Below, one piece after another: positions 49,270 to 61,639 of a DNA stretch of 64,000 nt (the stretch's first letter is position 1; each line of letters begins with the position of its first letter). The stretch spans positions 230,578-294,577 of the forward strand of contig ML992513.1 in NCBI GenBank assembly GCA_010093995.1, written 5' to 3'. Both the position numbers and the translations under genes were made by a program. Source of the stretch: Elsinoe ampelina (taxonomy: Eukaryota). Below the pieces are notes generated by a model, which saw only the letters and a program-made list of their open reading frames with translations, ran no database searches and had not been told where the DNA came from.

Positions 49270-51862
49270 ATGGCATCGTGAGTGTTCTCGTGCCTGTTGG
49301 AGCAGCCGTATGGTCAATACTGACCGACTGCAGCAACATTCTGCTTCTGCCCTTCCGGCGGACGCACAATGTATCATTAAAGGATGCCATCAAGCGCTAC
49401 ATCTCTTCCAAATATGATCAACATCCGCAGATGTTCACGAATGATTTGGATGCCATCGATCACCTTCGTCAGGAAGCTGTCAATGCCCTCGAACCGCACC
49501 ACAGCGGTGTTCGCAAGATTCAAGCCTATGCCGCCCAGCTGGTATGGATGGGCTCCAAGTTTCCGGTAGATGTAGGTCGCCCTGAAGCTTCTCCTCATGA
49601 ATATTTTCTGACGGTCTCAGATTGGGGTGGAGTTTGTTTGGTATCCGGCTTTAGGCTATAACACACATCGTCCAGGTAGGCGTTTAAAATCTGTCTAGGT
49701 CCTGTCTAAGGTATTGACGTGATGCAGTATCTCAAGACAATTTGCGTTTTGAGCTTGTCAACGTGCTGTTCAACCTGGCCGCCATGTATTCTCAGCTGGC
49801 CCTGGCTTCCAATCGTAGCACAGGTGATGGGCTCAAAGCTGCATGTAACTACTTCTCTCTCGCTGCGGGAGTGATCTCGCACATCAAGACTGTATGCATA
49901 CCAGATATGCGCACGACCCCACCGGAGGACATGGACGAGCCAACACTGGAAAGCGTAGAGCATCTCATGCTAGCAGAGGCGCAAGAGTGCTTCTGGCAAA
50001 AGGCTGTCAAAGACGGTCTCAAGGATGCTAGCATTGCAAAGCTTGCCGCCAAAGTTAGTGACTTTTACAGTCAGGCGGGTGACTGGGGTGTCAAGAGTGA
50101 CGCCATCAGCAGCGAGTGGATTCACCACATGAACGCCAAGCATCATCACTTTGCCGCTGCTGCGCAATATCGAGCTGCCTGTGATTGTCTGGAAAAGCGA
50201 AAGTATGGTGAAGAAGTCGCTCGACTCCGGGATAGCTTGACATGCGTCAACGAAGCGCTAAAGGAGACTCGTTATATCAACAAGGCAGTTCAAGCTGATC
50301 TAAACGGCCTGAAGAACAGGGTACAAGAAGATCTCAAACGCGCGGAAAAAGATAATGATATGATCTACCTTCTGCCGGTACCAAGCAAGCCCGAATTGAA
50401 AGTACTGGACCGCGCGACAATGGTGGTGGCAAAAGTGCCGCCGGAAGTCGGTGATTCCTTGAACATGCTGGGAGACAAGGGCGAACTCGGTCGACCTCTC
50501 TTCACGAAACTCGTCCCCTACTCTGTACATGTGGCTGCCAGTATCTACACGGATCGCCGCGATAGTCTGGTGAACGAGAAGGTCGTCCAGAGGCTTGAGG
50601 CGTTGACGATGCGGATCCACGAAGTCATGCAGTCACTCAACCTTCCGGGATCATTGCAAGCCCTGGAGAAGCCTCTCGGACTCCCTCCTGGTTTGTCATC
50701 GCACGCCCAGGAGATACGGCAGCAGAACGGCATCCAGCGACTTCATCGTGTCATGGCTGATACGGAAAAGCTGAAATCGAATGACAGAGCAACTTATCAG
50801 GAGGGTGTCGACCTACTTCGGTCTGAAGCGGCAGAAGATGAAGTTTCAAGACGCAAGTTTGGTACGGAACGCTGGAACCGGCCGCCGTCGAACGAAGCAG
50901 TGCCTCAGCTATACCGCCGTGTCACGGAGATAGACGGATATCTCAATCAGGCTGCCAACAGTGATCGCAAGCTGCAGAATCAATTGAAGCAGAACGAGAG
51001 CCTCATCCGCCTCTTGGGCGGCACGGACAGAGATCTTGAGGACTACGTGCCAAGCAGTCGAAGAGCGACAATGACGGCAAAAGTTGAGCGGGAGGCGAAT
51101 AATTTGCGGTCTATACTAAATGATCTTGGACGCTTGGAGACACGGCGGAAACGCAAGGTGGAGAATATTCGAGCAAAAGCAAAAGCCGATGATGTTCACC
51201 ACGATCTTTTGGCAGAAGCGGCACGGCTGGAAAGGGAGCATCCAATGCAGACCCTTGAAGCCGTTCAATTTGAGGACTTTTTTGACCGAAGGCTGGAGAT
51301 GTACCAGCCGGAACGAAATGAAGTCAACGCTGATGAGCGGGATCAGGAAGATCTTCTCAGTAAACTGCAAGAGGCCAATTCCGCTCTAGCCGGCGCTCGT
51401 TGTGGCGACTCATCAACGAAGGAGCGGGAGCAGGCACTGCAGAAGCTGGAAAACGCTTACCTCAGCTACAAAGATATCATCTCTAACCTGGAGACGGGTA
51501 GGGCATTCTACAACGATCTCGCTGCGGTCGTGACACGATTTCGGGACGACTGCAGAGCATTTGTTTATCAAAGAAGGTCAGAGGCATCGCAACTTGAAGG
51601 AGATTTGTCAACAGCACTTGCGCAGATGAGCCTGCAGAGTGCCAACAACACGATGTTGAGGCAGCAAAAACAGCACGACAGCGCGGCAGCACGGGTGGAA
51701 GGGGCTAGGCCCGGAAACATCCCTGCAGCTGGCCCACCGCTAGTCGCTCCTACACCGACTAGGGCCAGTATCGTGCCTCCTGCCGTGGCGGAGACGAAGC
51801 AGCCGGCTCCGGGCATGTGGACCCCTGACATGGGCATCAAGTTCGGGGGCGGCAGTAAATGA
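49270..51862 (+). CDS. palA: pH-response regulator PalA/Rim20 (BRO1 and V domains)
   Basis: MAS/NILLLPFRRTH, FELVNVLFNLAAMYSQ, AQECFWQKA, AEKDNDMIYL, LNLPGSLQALEKP and GRAFYNDL motifs. Three 5' introns. Confidence 0.93.
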
Positions 51863-51922
51863 AAAGACAACCGTCGGCGTTTGCCATGAATGTGCAGAAC
51901 AGAAGCAAATGCGTTTAGTGTA

Positions 51923-51945
51923 GGGGGGGGGGGGGGGGGGGGGGG
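51923..51945 (+). repeat. Poly-G tract (23 nt) downstream of the palA stop
   Basis: Directly visible homopolymer. Confidence 0.9.
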
Positions 51946-53771
51946 TGGGAAGGATGATGATCGAAGATCTCCCACATGACGCCGCACGGCATTATGATGG
52001 ATGATGATTCCCCATCTGGAAGGTAAGGGATTGTTATGTCGACTGCAGTCTGTTCGAGCACTCCAGATCCGACCCAATGTTCCACAACAAGCGTGCAGAG
52101 TACCCGATGCCGGGTTGGATGAGGGCGATGCAGGGGGAGCGGCACCTGTCAATACGAGGATGCGACGGCTTGGTGCAGCATGGATGATATTCGGAAGTGC
52201 CATGAACCGAAGATAGCAAGCATAATCCCAATGACCAGCAAAGTGCATGTCCAAGACCAATCGCGATAGCAGAGGCCACCAGCGTGCCTTGATCGAACAT
52301 TCACCAGCTAAGTTAGCAAACCTCCACCGACGTATGGGTGTCTGAACCCTGATCGGAGAGGATTCTGCACCTTGAAGCACCTTGAAGCACCTTTGCCCCC
52401 CCACCTGTCGGTCGTGCCGTCTCGCATACATTTGCTCGTGTTGCCTGATATCGATAATGCATGTTCTCGATGGGACGGCAGGACGGGGTTGTTGAGGGAA
52501 TTGCATCCTTGAACGAGCACTACGTGCCGTGTCTGACGGCACAGAATTGTTTCTGGTTGTATCCAGGGACCACTAGAAGCGCGTGGGCCCGTCCATGGCT
52601 GATGACAGAGTTTGGAGGATTCTTGCTCTTCCTCCTCATCCTCGACATCAATCTTGCGAGCATGAATTGAGCAGCTACTCTTCCTAGCGTGACTAACGTA
52701 CACAGCGAAGCTCTCTGGTCAGTTAGAACAAAGATCGCAAAACCTCGTTTCATCGATCGGTGCTCAAGGCGAGCTCCTGCATGCCTGTCGCCGATCTACC
52801 TAGCGCGCACTTGCATTTTGACTTTGACCAGATCGAAGATGGGCGCCAATCACTGGGTACCAAGGAAGCGATGGCCCAATATCTCTTAAGCTTCTGTTTG
52901 GTTGCCTGCGGGCCGGATGGAACCTCGTCCCGTCCACTAAAGGCACTACTACGAAAAGTACTACACTCACTCCCAACTCCGGCTTGCCGCCCAGCTCTTC
53001 ACCACGCCATCTCGCCTCTGCCTATCTTCGTTTGGGCATTGACAACGCACTAACTGAACCCTGCTCGGCGCCTCATCTGCATGTCATCGATCAATAGGCA
53101 GAGTTTGATCTTTGCATGCACGACCTCGAACACATGGGTTCGCGCGCTTGCAACCCCTTCCGCCATTTCCCCAAACTGCTCGTGGAGGCTCTGCTGTCGC
53201 CCATCGCTGATCACAGGGCCTGTTGATCTCAGATTGCATGGATGATGGGCAGATTGCAACGGCTCCTGATGACATTGCCACGGAAGACAACCACAGATCT
53301 TCAAACCGGACCGTTGCTGAAAAGCAACCCATCTGGCGGTAGGTAATTCTAGAACGGATCGATAGCCCGCATCATCGCAGGCCACACCAGGCATAACATG
53401 TCATGAACCATGCTCGTCCTACACCGCAGCAGCAGCCCAATTCGCCACGCCCTGTAATAAGCCACGAGCCATTGCCGCTACCCTGCTTACTGATCGGGTA
53501 CTCACATCGGACGAAGGTCTTGCCGCTGCTGATCCCGCAACAACTTCTCTTGGGCGCAGATACGGCCTTGGTGTCCTGCTCCGGTCCCGCCGCCCATGCA
53601 GGTTGCCCCAGACCCGTGGAAGTATTCAGCTAACGTCTATGCGTCGCCCATGCAGTCACCGCCGGATCAAAACCGATCTCAAACATGCTGGACAGCACGA
53701 CTTGGTCATGTAATATAGACTCATCTTTTGCATAGGTAGTAGTACCACCAATGATCTGATGGATCCAAGTC

Positions 53772-56210
53772 ATGTACGATCAACCTTCGTCCCATAGGCG
53801 ACTCAAGCCGAAGCGAGATCCCGCGGACCAAGACTCTTCAGCCGTCCTGGAGAAGCCGAGCAGGAAAAGAGTTACAGCTTCCGCATGCGTTGCTTGTCGC
53901 AAGCGTAAAAGCAAGGTAAACTAAACGACCATTCAAATCGTCCTTTGAATTAACTCCCATATAGTGCGACTCTACTAAGCCAGCGTGCTCCGCCTGTACG
54001 AGTGTCTACAACACCGAATGCAGCTATGATACAGATAGTGAGCCTGTCCGAAAGGCAAGCTCGCGACGACCCTCATCGAAACCCGATCCTATTCCCTCCA
54101 CCATCTCTGGTCTGAAAGAGATCATCGGTGCTCTTCAGACTCAGCCAGACGCAGATACTATCCTTCTGAACCAGCTGAGGAATGTACAGGCACGGCTGGA
54201 GATCCTGTCTGTGGGCTCTTCGGTCAGCGAGCTGCCTCCGACTCCCACAGCCTCTGTCGCATCTTTCGCTTCATCGGCCTACCAAGATACACCTCCAACA
54301 CAATACTTGAATGTGCAGCCACAGGCACAGGATTCAGCACCGTTCTCTTTCGACGCCAGCCAACCATGTGGATCATGGTTCGAGAAACCCATCCCCCACA
54401 AGCTCGTCTCTGAGCTCTTCAACGATTACGTCCTCTACCATCACCCGTACTTTCCCATCTTCTCAGTACAGCACTTCCTCAGCGATTTCCGCTCTGGCGA
54501 TACCCAATTCTGCAGTTCAATGCTCATATACGCCATCTTGTCCATGGCTTGCAACTATTGGAAGGGCAAGATACAAGGCGACCACGACAAGCCTGCACGC
54601 GCACACGAGTTTGGCGAGACTTTTGCCAATACTGTACAGAAAAAGCTTTTCAACACGAGAGAGGCCTCTTTGACCACAATACAAGCTCTTTCCATCTTGG
54701 GCATGCGACAAGGATCCACCGGGGATCTAAATGGCGCGTATCATTGGCATGGAGTCGCGCTGAGGATGGCCTTGTCCATGAATATGCATCTAGACGAGGA
54801 TGCGCAAGACGTCGAGATCGATCCTATTGAACAAGAGGTTCGTAAGTTGACCTTTTGGGGCATCTACAACCTCGAGATGTAAGGACGGCCCAGTGTGTCT
54901 CCCAGAGTCTCATAATCTTTCACAAGAAATCGCGTCATGCTTGCTTCCAGGATGGCACGCCAGATGACTGATCCAGTAGTAGGGCTCTCGCCATCTTCGC
55001 CGGTAAGGTCTCGCAGATTTCTAACGGCTCGATTGGTATTCCCAAGCGTATGTTCTGACCGTCGTCTTGCTATTCCACTCGAGCTAACCCATGTCCAAAC
55101 AGCAACGTATTCTGAGAAGCGGGACAGCCTTGTCGTTCCCCCTCTTAAGGGCAGGAGATACTCCGATGTCGAGCTCAATCGCGAGATTCACTACCTGCGT
55201 TACGTGTCGCATTTCTGCGAGCTCTCGAAACTTGTGAATGAGGTCAATTTGTCCTACTACGCTCCGCAAAAACAGATCAACATCAGTGACGTCTACTACG
55301 CACTACAGCGGTATCATTCTTGGGAGCACGAACTACCTATCGAATTCCAGAACACGGACCTTGGTGGAGCCGAAGTCAGCTATTTGCACATGTATTACAG
55401 ACAGCTTCTCATCCAGTACGGAATACTCAGATACCCTTGTCGATATGTAGGACTTTGAGCTTACCGATTCACAGGCTCCTGCGGCCCTTCTTAAACTGCG
55501 AGCCCGACAAGCTCGGCTTTTCCGCAAAGGCAATCTGCCTAGATCGAGCAATAGAGATTGTTCGATTATGGAGAGACTTGAAACAACAATATACCATGTG
55601 GGCTTTGCACATGCTTGTCATTCCTCCATTAAGAGACGCGGCCCATTTGTTCTTGTTCCAACTACACGAGCCAAGCGCTGCAGCATGCCTTCAAGAGATC
55701 ATCGGTATGGGAACAGGAAGGATTGTTGATATTATACTGATCAATCCTGCAGAGGACCTGCGAAGCTTCGCCTTCCTCCACCCCTTGGCCAGTTGTGTGA
55801 TCAACTCATTGCACGAAGTCGCCATCAAATACCATATAGACTGTCCAAAAGGTCTATTCGAACGACACCTTCAAGACGCCAAAAACACAAACCTACCATC
55901 TCTCGGAACATCAGCATTCACCGTGCGAGCCAAAATCGACATCGAAACACCCACGCATCATCCCACCTATCCTTCTCAAGCGCAAGGTCAATACCAGCAG
56001 CAGCCGGCAAGTCAAGAGATGGGACAATACGGCGTGTTCAACCTCGCCATGCATCATCCAACCCCAACCTACAGGACCACAACCGAGCGTGACTACCCGC
56101 AGTACTTTCCAGATCAGCAATTGAGCGGAGCCGTCATCCAGAGTGGCTACGAAATGATGCAGCCATACTCAGGCCAAGGACCAGGTCCACAACAACCACC
56201 AAGACCATGA
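53772..56210 (+). CDS. Zn(II)2Cys6 transcription factor with fungal-specific TF domain, NirA-like
   Basis: ACVACRKRKSK/CDSTKPACSACTSVYNTECSYD across an intron. Middle homology region (FCSSMLIYAIL, SLTTIQALSILG, EQEVRKLTFWG, HRLLRPFL). Several introns. Confidence 0.88.
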
Positions 56211-57230
56211 TCGACCATGCTGAGCCATCAGACAAGAACATCCGCCCGAACGAAAGTACGCATGGGCAGAAACCTCCCCGACGCGTCCGCACGCAGAATT
56301 TCTGCACGTCGAAAAGAGCGGAGTGATAGCGTCCACACTCTTTCGTTAAGAAGAGTTGCGCTATACAGTAGTGTACATGGCAAGAACAAGGGTGCTCGCA
56401 GTACGAGAATCGGAAGATAGTTCATGAACCCAGAAGCCGTCGTCTTTCGCTCCGTCCCGGGCTGTCTACCACGTATCCCAAAACTCAAAAAGTCACAACT
56501 CGTAACGATGACGCGCCGGTCGGGAAAGTTGCCATTGATGAGACGATGCACTTTGTCGGACCTGACAAGCGGAGCTAGAGGGTATACGCAATCTCTGATT
56601 CACTAGTGAGGATCCGTACCACACGATCAAATCGTTTGATTCCAAAGTCACTCCCGAACACGGTCTTGTGAAACCACGTCCATAGGGATCCTTGCGCTGC
56701 GTCTAGCATGGCAGCGTACGTGAGCTCTGGGTGGTGAACCTCGCGGGTGATCGTTCCACGGAGCTTAATGCCTGTTGGGAATGCTGCTCGTGTGCGCTGC
56801 CTGTCGATGAACTCGGTCGTCTTCCTCGGGGCAGTAGCAGGCCGTGATTTGAGCTGCTCGGTTGGCTCTGATCGAAGTGCTGACATGTCTTGGACGGGGA
56901 TGGGTCGTCGTATGTGGATATGGGTTGTGCTGTTTATCAATGTCGGCATCTATACGCGTGGCGGACCGTGAGGGGGGTCCTCTTCGCTTTTCGGAATATG
57001 TTCGTGTGACTTTTAGACGGTTTATGGGTATTGGATCGTTGAGGATGAGACACTGTCGGGTGAACAGCCTCGGTCGGCCAAAGACTAATTCTGACGTTTG
57101 TGTCATCATTCGTTGCTTTCTGTTTGGTCACGTACGCTGTGTGATACTACCAGGCATCTAAAGCCGACCACAAATCTCCTTCACAGACATGGTAATTGCA
57201 CCGAGAAATCCTAGTCGCTCTTCTCGACTC

Positions 57231-58897
57231 TCAAATCGTCTCTACTCTCAACATAGCCGGCACCCCTTGCTGCAACCCAGCACTAACCCCACTCGTCCTA
57301 CTCTCCATCCCCTCCGCATCCCCTCCCCTCTCCCTCAACGCCTCCTGTAAACTAATCACACTCCCCTCCTCTCCCCTTCCCCCCTCGTGGCCCCTGGCAA
57401 ACACCCGCCTTATACCCCTCGCCAACCTACTCCCTCCCACAAACACCCCGTTCGTATTAAACACCTCCTCGATACCCTCCAAACTCAACCCCTTGGTTTC
57501 CGGCATGAACGACCACAGTAACACCACGCTCGTGAGGCAGAATCCGCCGAAGAGGAAATACGCCCCGTAACTACTCTCCGCTAGAAAGATAGGCGTGAGG
57601 ATTGTGACGAGCCAATTCGTGAGGAACCCGATCCCCTGCGCGACGCAATTCGCCATGCTGCGCGTCTGGGGAGGTTGGATCTCGGAGGCGTAGATCTTGC
57701 CTACAATACCCCATGTGCAGCAGTAGGTCAGGCCGAAAATGAAGACGAGGGAGATGACGAGGAAGCGCGCGGGCGAGGTGGGGGTTATGGCGTTGCTGGC
57801 GTAGAGGGAGCCGATGAGCAGCATGCAGGTTGTGAGAATCAGGCCGCCGGTGAGGGTAATGGAGCGGCGGGTGAAGCGGTCGGTGAGGAGGAGGGCGGGG
57901 ATGGTGATGGCGAACATGAGGATGGCGGAGACGCCGGACGCGATGAAGGAGGCGGTGGTGGCGGGGAGGCCGGCTTGAGCGAACAGGCGGGGCGCGTAGT
58001 AGAGGACGCCGTCGATACCGGAGAGTTGGATCATGCCGAGCATGATTAGGGCGAGGGTGGTGCGGGTGCGGTAGGGGGCGGAGAAGATGGTGAAGATGGC
58101 GGTGAGAGGGTTGGGCTGGGCGGTGATGGTGCGAGCGGCGGAGGGGCCGAGGAGATCCTTTTCGGCTTCGATAGGGGAGAAGTTGAGTCGTTCTAGTTGG
58201 CGGATGGCGTCAGAGCGGCGGGATTGGAAGAGCAACCAGCGGGGAGATTCAGGTAGGAGGTTGCAAATGATGGCGAGGAGAAGACCCATGCCGGCTTGGA
58301 TGATGTAGATGGAACGGAAGGACCAGATGGAGTCGACCTTGACGGTGCCGTATGCAGTAAAGTACCCACAACAGATGCCGAATACTACACCAAGTTGAGG
58401 AGTCGCCATGAGCATACCACGTCGCATTGACGGAGCGATCTCGGTGACGTAGACTGCTTGAGGGGCCATCCAGGTGCCCATCCCAATGCCGCCTATCGCA
58501 CGACCAGCGAGGAAGATCGAAAGCTTCGGGGCCATTCCCTGCAGAAGAGCGCCAACGACGAAGAGGAGAGCACCAATCATGATCGCTCGTAGTCGACCGA
58601 CATAATCCGCAAGCTGTCCAGCATAGATTGACGGGAATGCACCTGTCAGTAAGATCATCGATACCGTGAGTCCATGCATGAAAGGAGTGAGTTCGCCGAA
58701 GGTCTGATGGAAGTATGGCATTTCGGTCACTGCTCCGGCTGAGCCTGTATCGTAGCCATTGAGCCAACCTTTTGGCTGTCAGTAGACCGTCAAACGAAGC
58801 CCTCAAGGGCGTTCTTGCCTGCTACCGAGATGAAGCAAGTCGCGACCACATAGCCGGGAGGCTTGAATATCCTTGGGGAGACTACGCCGAATGTCAT
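57231..58897 (-). CDS. MFS sugar-porter family transporter
   Basis: GWLNGYDTG, DYVGR, YVTEIAP..RG, LPESPRWL, QLSGIDGVLYYAP, YASEIQP and PETKGLSLE motifs. Exon 1 is 58897-58819. Confidence 0.93.
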
Positions 58898-59259
58898 CTT
58901 CGGCACCTTGTTAGCGACTCTAGACCAGGGAACAAATTGATCACCGAGATTTGGTCCTGGACGTTGTTCTCGAGATATGAGAGATACTTATCCTGACTCC
59001 GTCTCGTGGTTGTGAGAGATCGGCGAACAGTGGGCCGATAGCAATCTGACGCTGGAGGATTGTGACTTCATTGCTTAACAATCAATTCACCAGCTCCTAT
59101 CTGAGGGCGACGTTGGGAGCAAGACAGCCATTCATGCCATCGACAATGGCTGAGGTCCGTCGTCGCAGGGCAATAGTGGACTGTGTTAGAGTTTGCAGTA
59201 AGGTTTGAATTACTCTTGTCGAAGTGTGAATCAATTTGAATCACATGACTTCGCGTTTT

Positions 59260-61639
59260 TGTCAACCGAGGCATAAGCTGGAGCGCTAAGAAGACCCTGA
59301 ATCAGTTCATCCCAAGGTTGAACTAAACACTATCTTACTATTTTACTAATCCATGATCAAATTAGATAATTATTGTCTTAATCTGCTACTATTAAGGAGT
59401 TCTTTTAATTTAGCTATCTTTTAGTATACTAGGTTAAGTATTTATATAGTTATAATCTACCTTATTTTAGTAGTTTAGGTAGTAATTAATTCTTTTTCCT
59501 CCCCTATATAAATTAATAGTTATAAGTCTAGTATAACTACCCTTATATAAGTATATTACTTAGTTACTTTCCTACTCTATTTATTAGTTAATTCTCTACT
59601 ATCTTGCTTTTTAAGTATTAGAATCTATTAAGAACTACCTTAACTATAACTATAGAATTTAGGTATTAATAAAGGGATAAATAACTATAGATACTAATAC
59701 CTTAATAGCTAGAACACCTATTATTCTTGCTATATTAGCTAAATAGGCTAGCTAGCTATATATTATTAAGATAAGAGTATTAAATACTAAGATATAGAAC
59801 CTTATTAATCCCTAGAAAACTATTAAACTAGAAGGGCTTCCTAAGCCTTAGAGGCTAAAGGTAGTAAATACTAACTTCTTAGTATTCTTCTAGATATATA
59901 AGGAGGAATAAGCATAATATAACAAATAGTATAAGGCCTTAACTAATTTAGCTAGCCTTATTTAGTTATTAATTACACTATAAGTTCTTACTATTATCTA
60001 ACTAGAAGGGGATCCTTATCTATAGGCTATCCTTAGAGTATTAAAGAATAGATTTACTCTATCTAATATAGCTATTTAGCTTAAGGTTAAAGCACTCTAG
60101 AGGAAGTAGCTATCTAGCTCTTCCTTATAGAATATAGACTATTAGCTTTAGTAATAGAAAGAGGTTATAGANNNNNNNNNNNNNNNNNNNNNNNNNNNNN
60201 NNNNNNNNNNNNNNNNNNNNNNNNNNNNNNNNNNNNNNNNNNNNNNNNNNNNNNNNNNNNNNNNNNNNNNNNNNNNNNNNNNNNNNNNNNNNNNNNNNNN
60301 NNNNNNNNNNNNNNNNNNNNNNNNNNNNNNNNNNNNNNNNNNNNNNNNNNNNNNNNNNNNNNNNNNNNNNNNNNNNNNNNNNNNNNNNNNNNNNNNNNNN
60401 NNNNNNNNNNNNNNNNNNNNNNNNNNNNNNNNNNNNNNNNNNNNNNNNNNNNNNNNNNNNNNNNNNNNNNNNNNNNNNNNNNNNNNNNNNNNNNNNNNNN
60501 NNNNNNNNNNNNNNNNNNNNNNNNNNNNNNNNNNNNNNNNNNNNNNNNNNNNNNNNNNNNNNNNNNNNNNNNNNNNNNNNNNNNNNNNNNNNNNNNNNNN
60601 NNNNNNNNNNNNNNNNNNNNNNNNNNNNNNNNNNNNNNNNNNNNNNNNNNNNNNNNNNNNNNNNNNNNNCTATTCTATAGTAATACCTTACTTAGTATTA
60701 AGAGTTAAAGAACTATTAATATTATAGCTCTTTATAAAGGAAAGTCTATAACTATCTATCTTATAAAGGTAGCCTATATACTATTAATTATAACTAATCT
60801 AGTTAGCCTTAGGAGGTTTATTAATAGTAGAGTCTACTAGAACACTTAAACTATAGAGATTAGCTATAAAGGAAAAGTACTCTTCTTAGTTATACTAAAG
60901 TATAACTAATATATCTTTAAGAATAACTCTAAAGCTTCTAATATTACTACTATAGTATTAAGGAATAATAATAATTGTCTACTATTAGTATTTACTATAG
61001 TTACTATAAGGACTAATTAATCTTAGTATAAAGTTATAGACTATCTAAGCCTAGAGTCTATTAATTACCTTTTAACTGCTATAGTTAGTAGTAAACTAAC
61101 TCTAACTAAGCCTAGTTTAGCTTAACTAATTTATCTTAGGTCTCTATATTAGACTTATAAGCTATTAAATACTTAGTAGATTATATTAAGAAGCTCTAAC
61201 AATAAACTTACTATATTAAAGCTATTTAAGAGAACTACCTTTAATATTATTATTAATAGATTTACTAGCTATAATAAGGTAAGATATATAAGCTACTTTA
61301 CTTATAGGACTACTAACTATTAACTAGTTACTACTTATACTTATAGATATAAGATTAATAAAATCTATATTAAGATAATTACTTATATTAAAAGTAATTT
61401 TAGCTTCAAAATTAAATTCCTTAGAAGTAATAATAAGAGAGCCTTTAGCCTTAAATTTACTATCTTCCTAAATAGTAAAGAAATCTATTATAAGCTATCT
61501 ACTTTCTATACTTAAGCTTAGAATAGTTATAATAAAAGGATAGAAGCTATACTATTAAGGAGAGTAAGGGCAATTACTATCTTTACTAATCTACTAAGGG
61601 AATTATACTCTTATTAAAGCCTTATATTAAAGCTATATA
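59260..61639 (+). mobile_element. RIP-degraded Copia element (5' LTR 59260-59518, gag, N gap, integrase)
   Basis: LTR and gag match the left copy. After the gap: de-RIPed LWHKVMGHPS (GAG-pre-integrase) ~61022-61050 and IKFLRSDNE ~61411-61437. Continuity across the gap is assumed. Confidence 0.75.

Noticed and set aside
52367..52393. GCACCTTGAA tandem repeat (~2.5 units)
   Set aside because: A simple slippage duplication with no further structure.
51568..52542. 324-aa minus-strand ORF with poly-Pro
   Set aside because: It overlaps the palA 3' end in antisense, and the poly-Pro derives from the poly-G tract. No domain.
8249..59259. Gene block as cargo of a giant composite transposon or Starship
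   Set aside because: The flanking inverted repeats are Copia 5' LTRs whose elements extend outward. No tyrosine-recombinase captain is visible, and the content is largely core housekeeping genes.
60172..60669. N runs (also ~32252-32396) and the ORF call at 32244-32429
   Set aside because: Assembly gaps; the ORF is an artefact.
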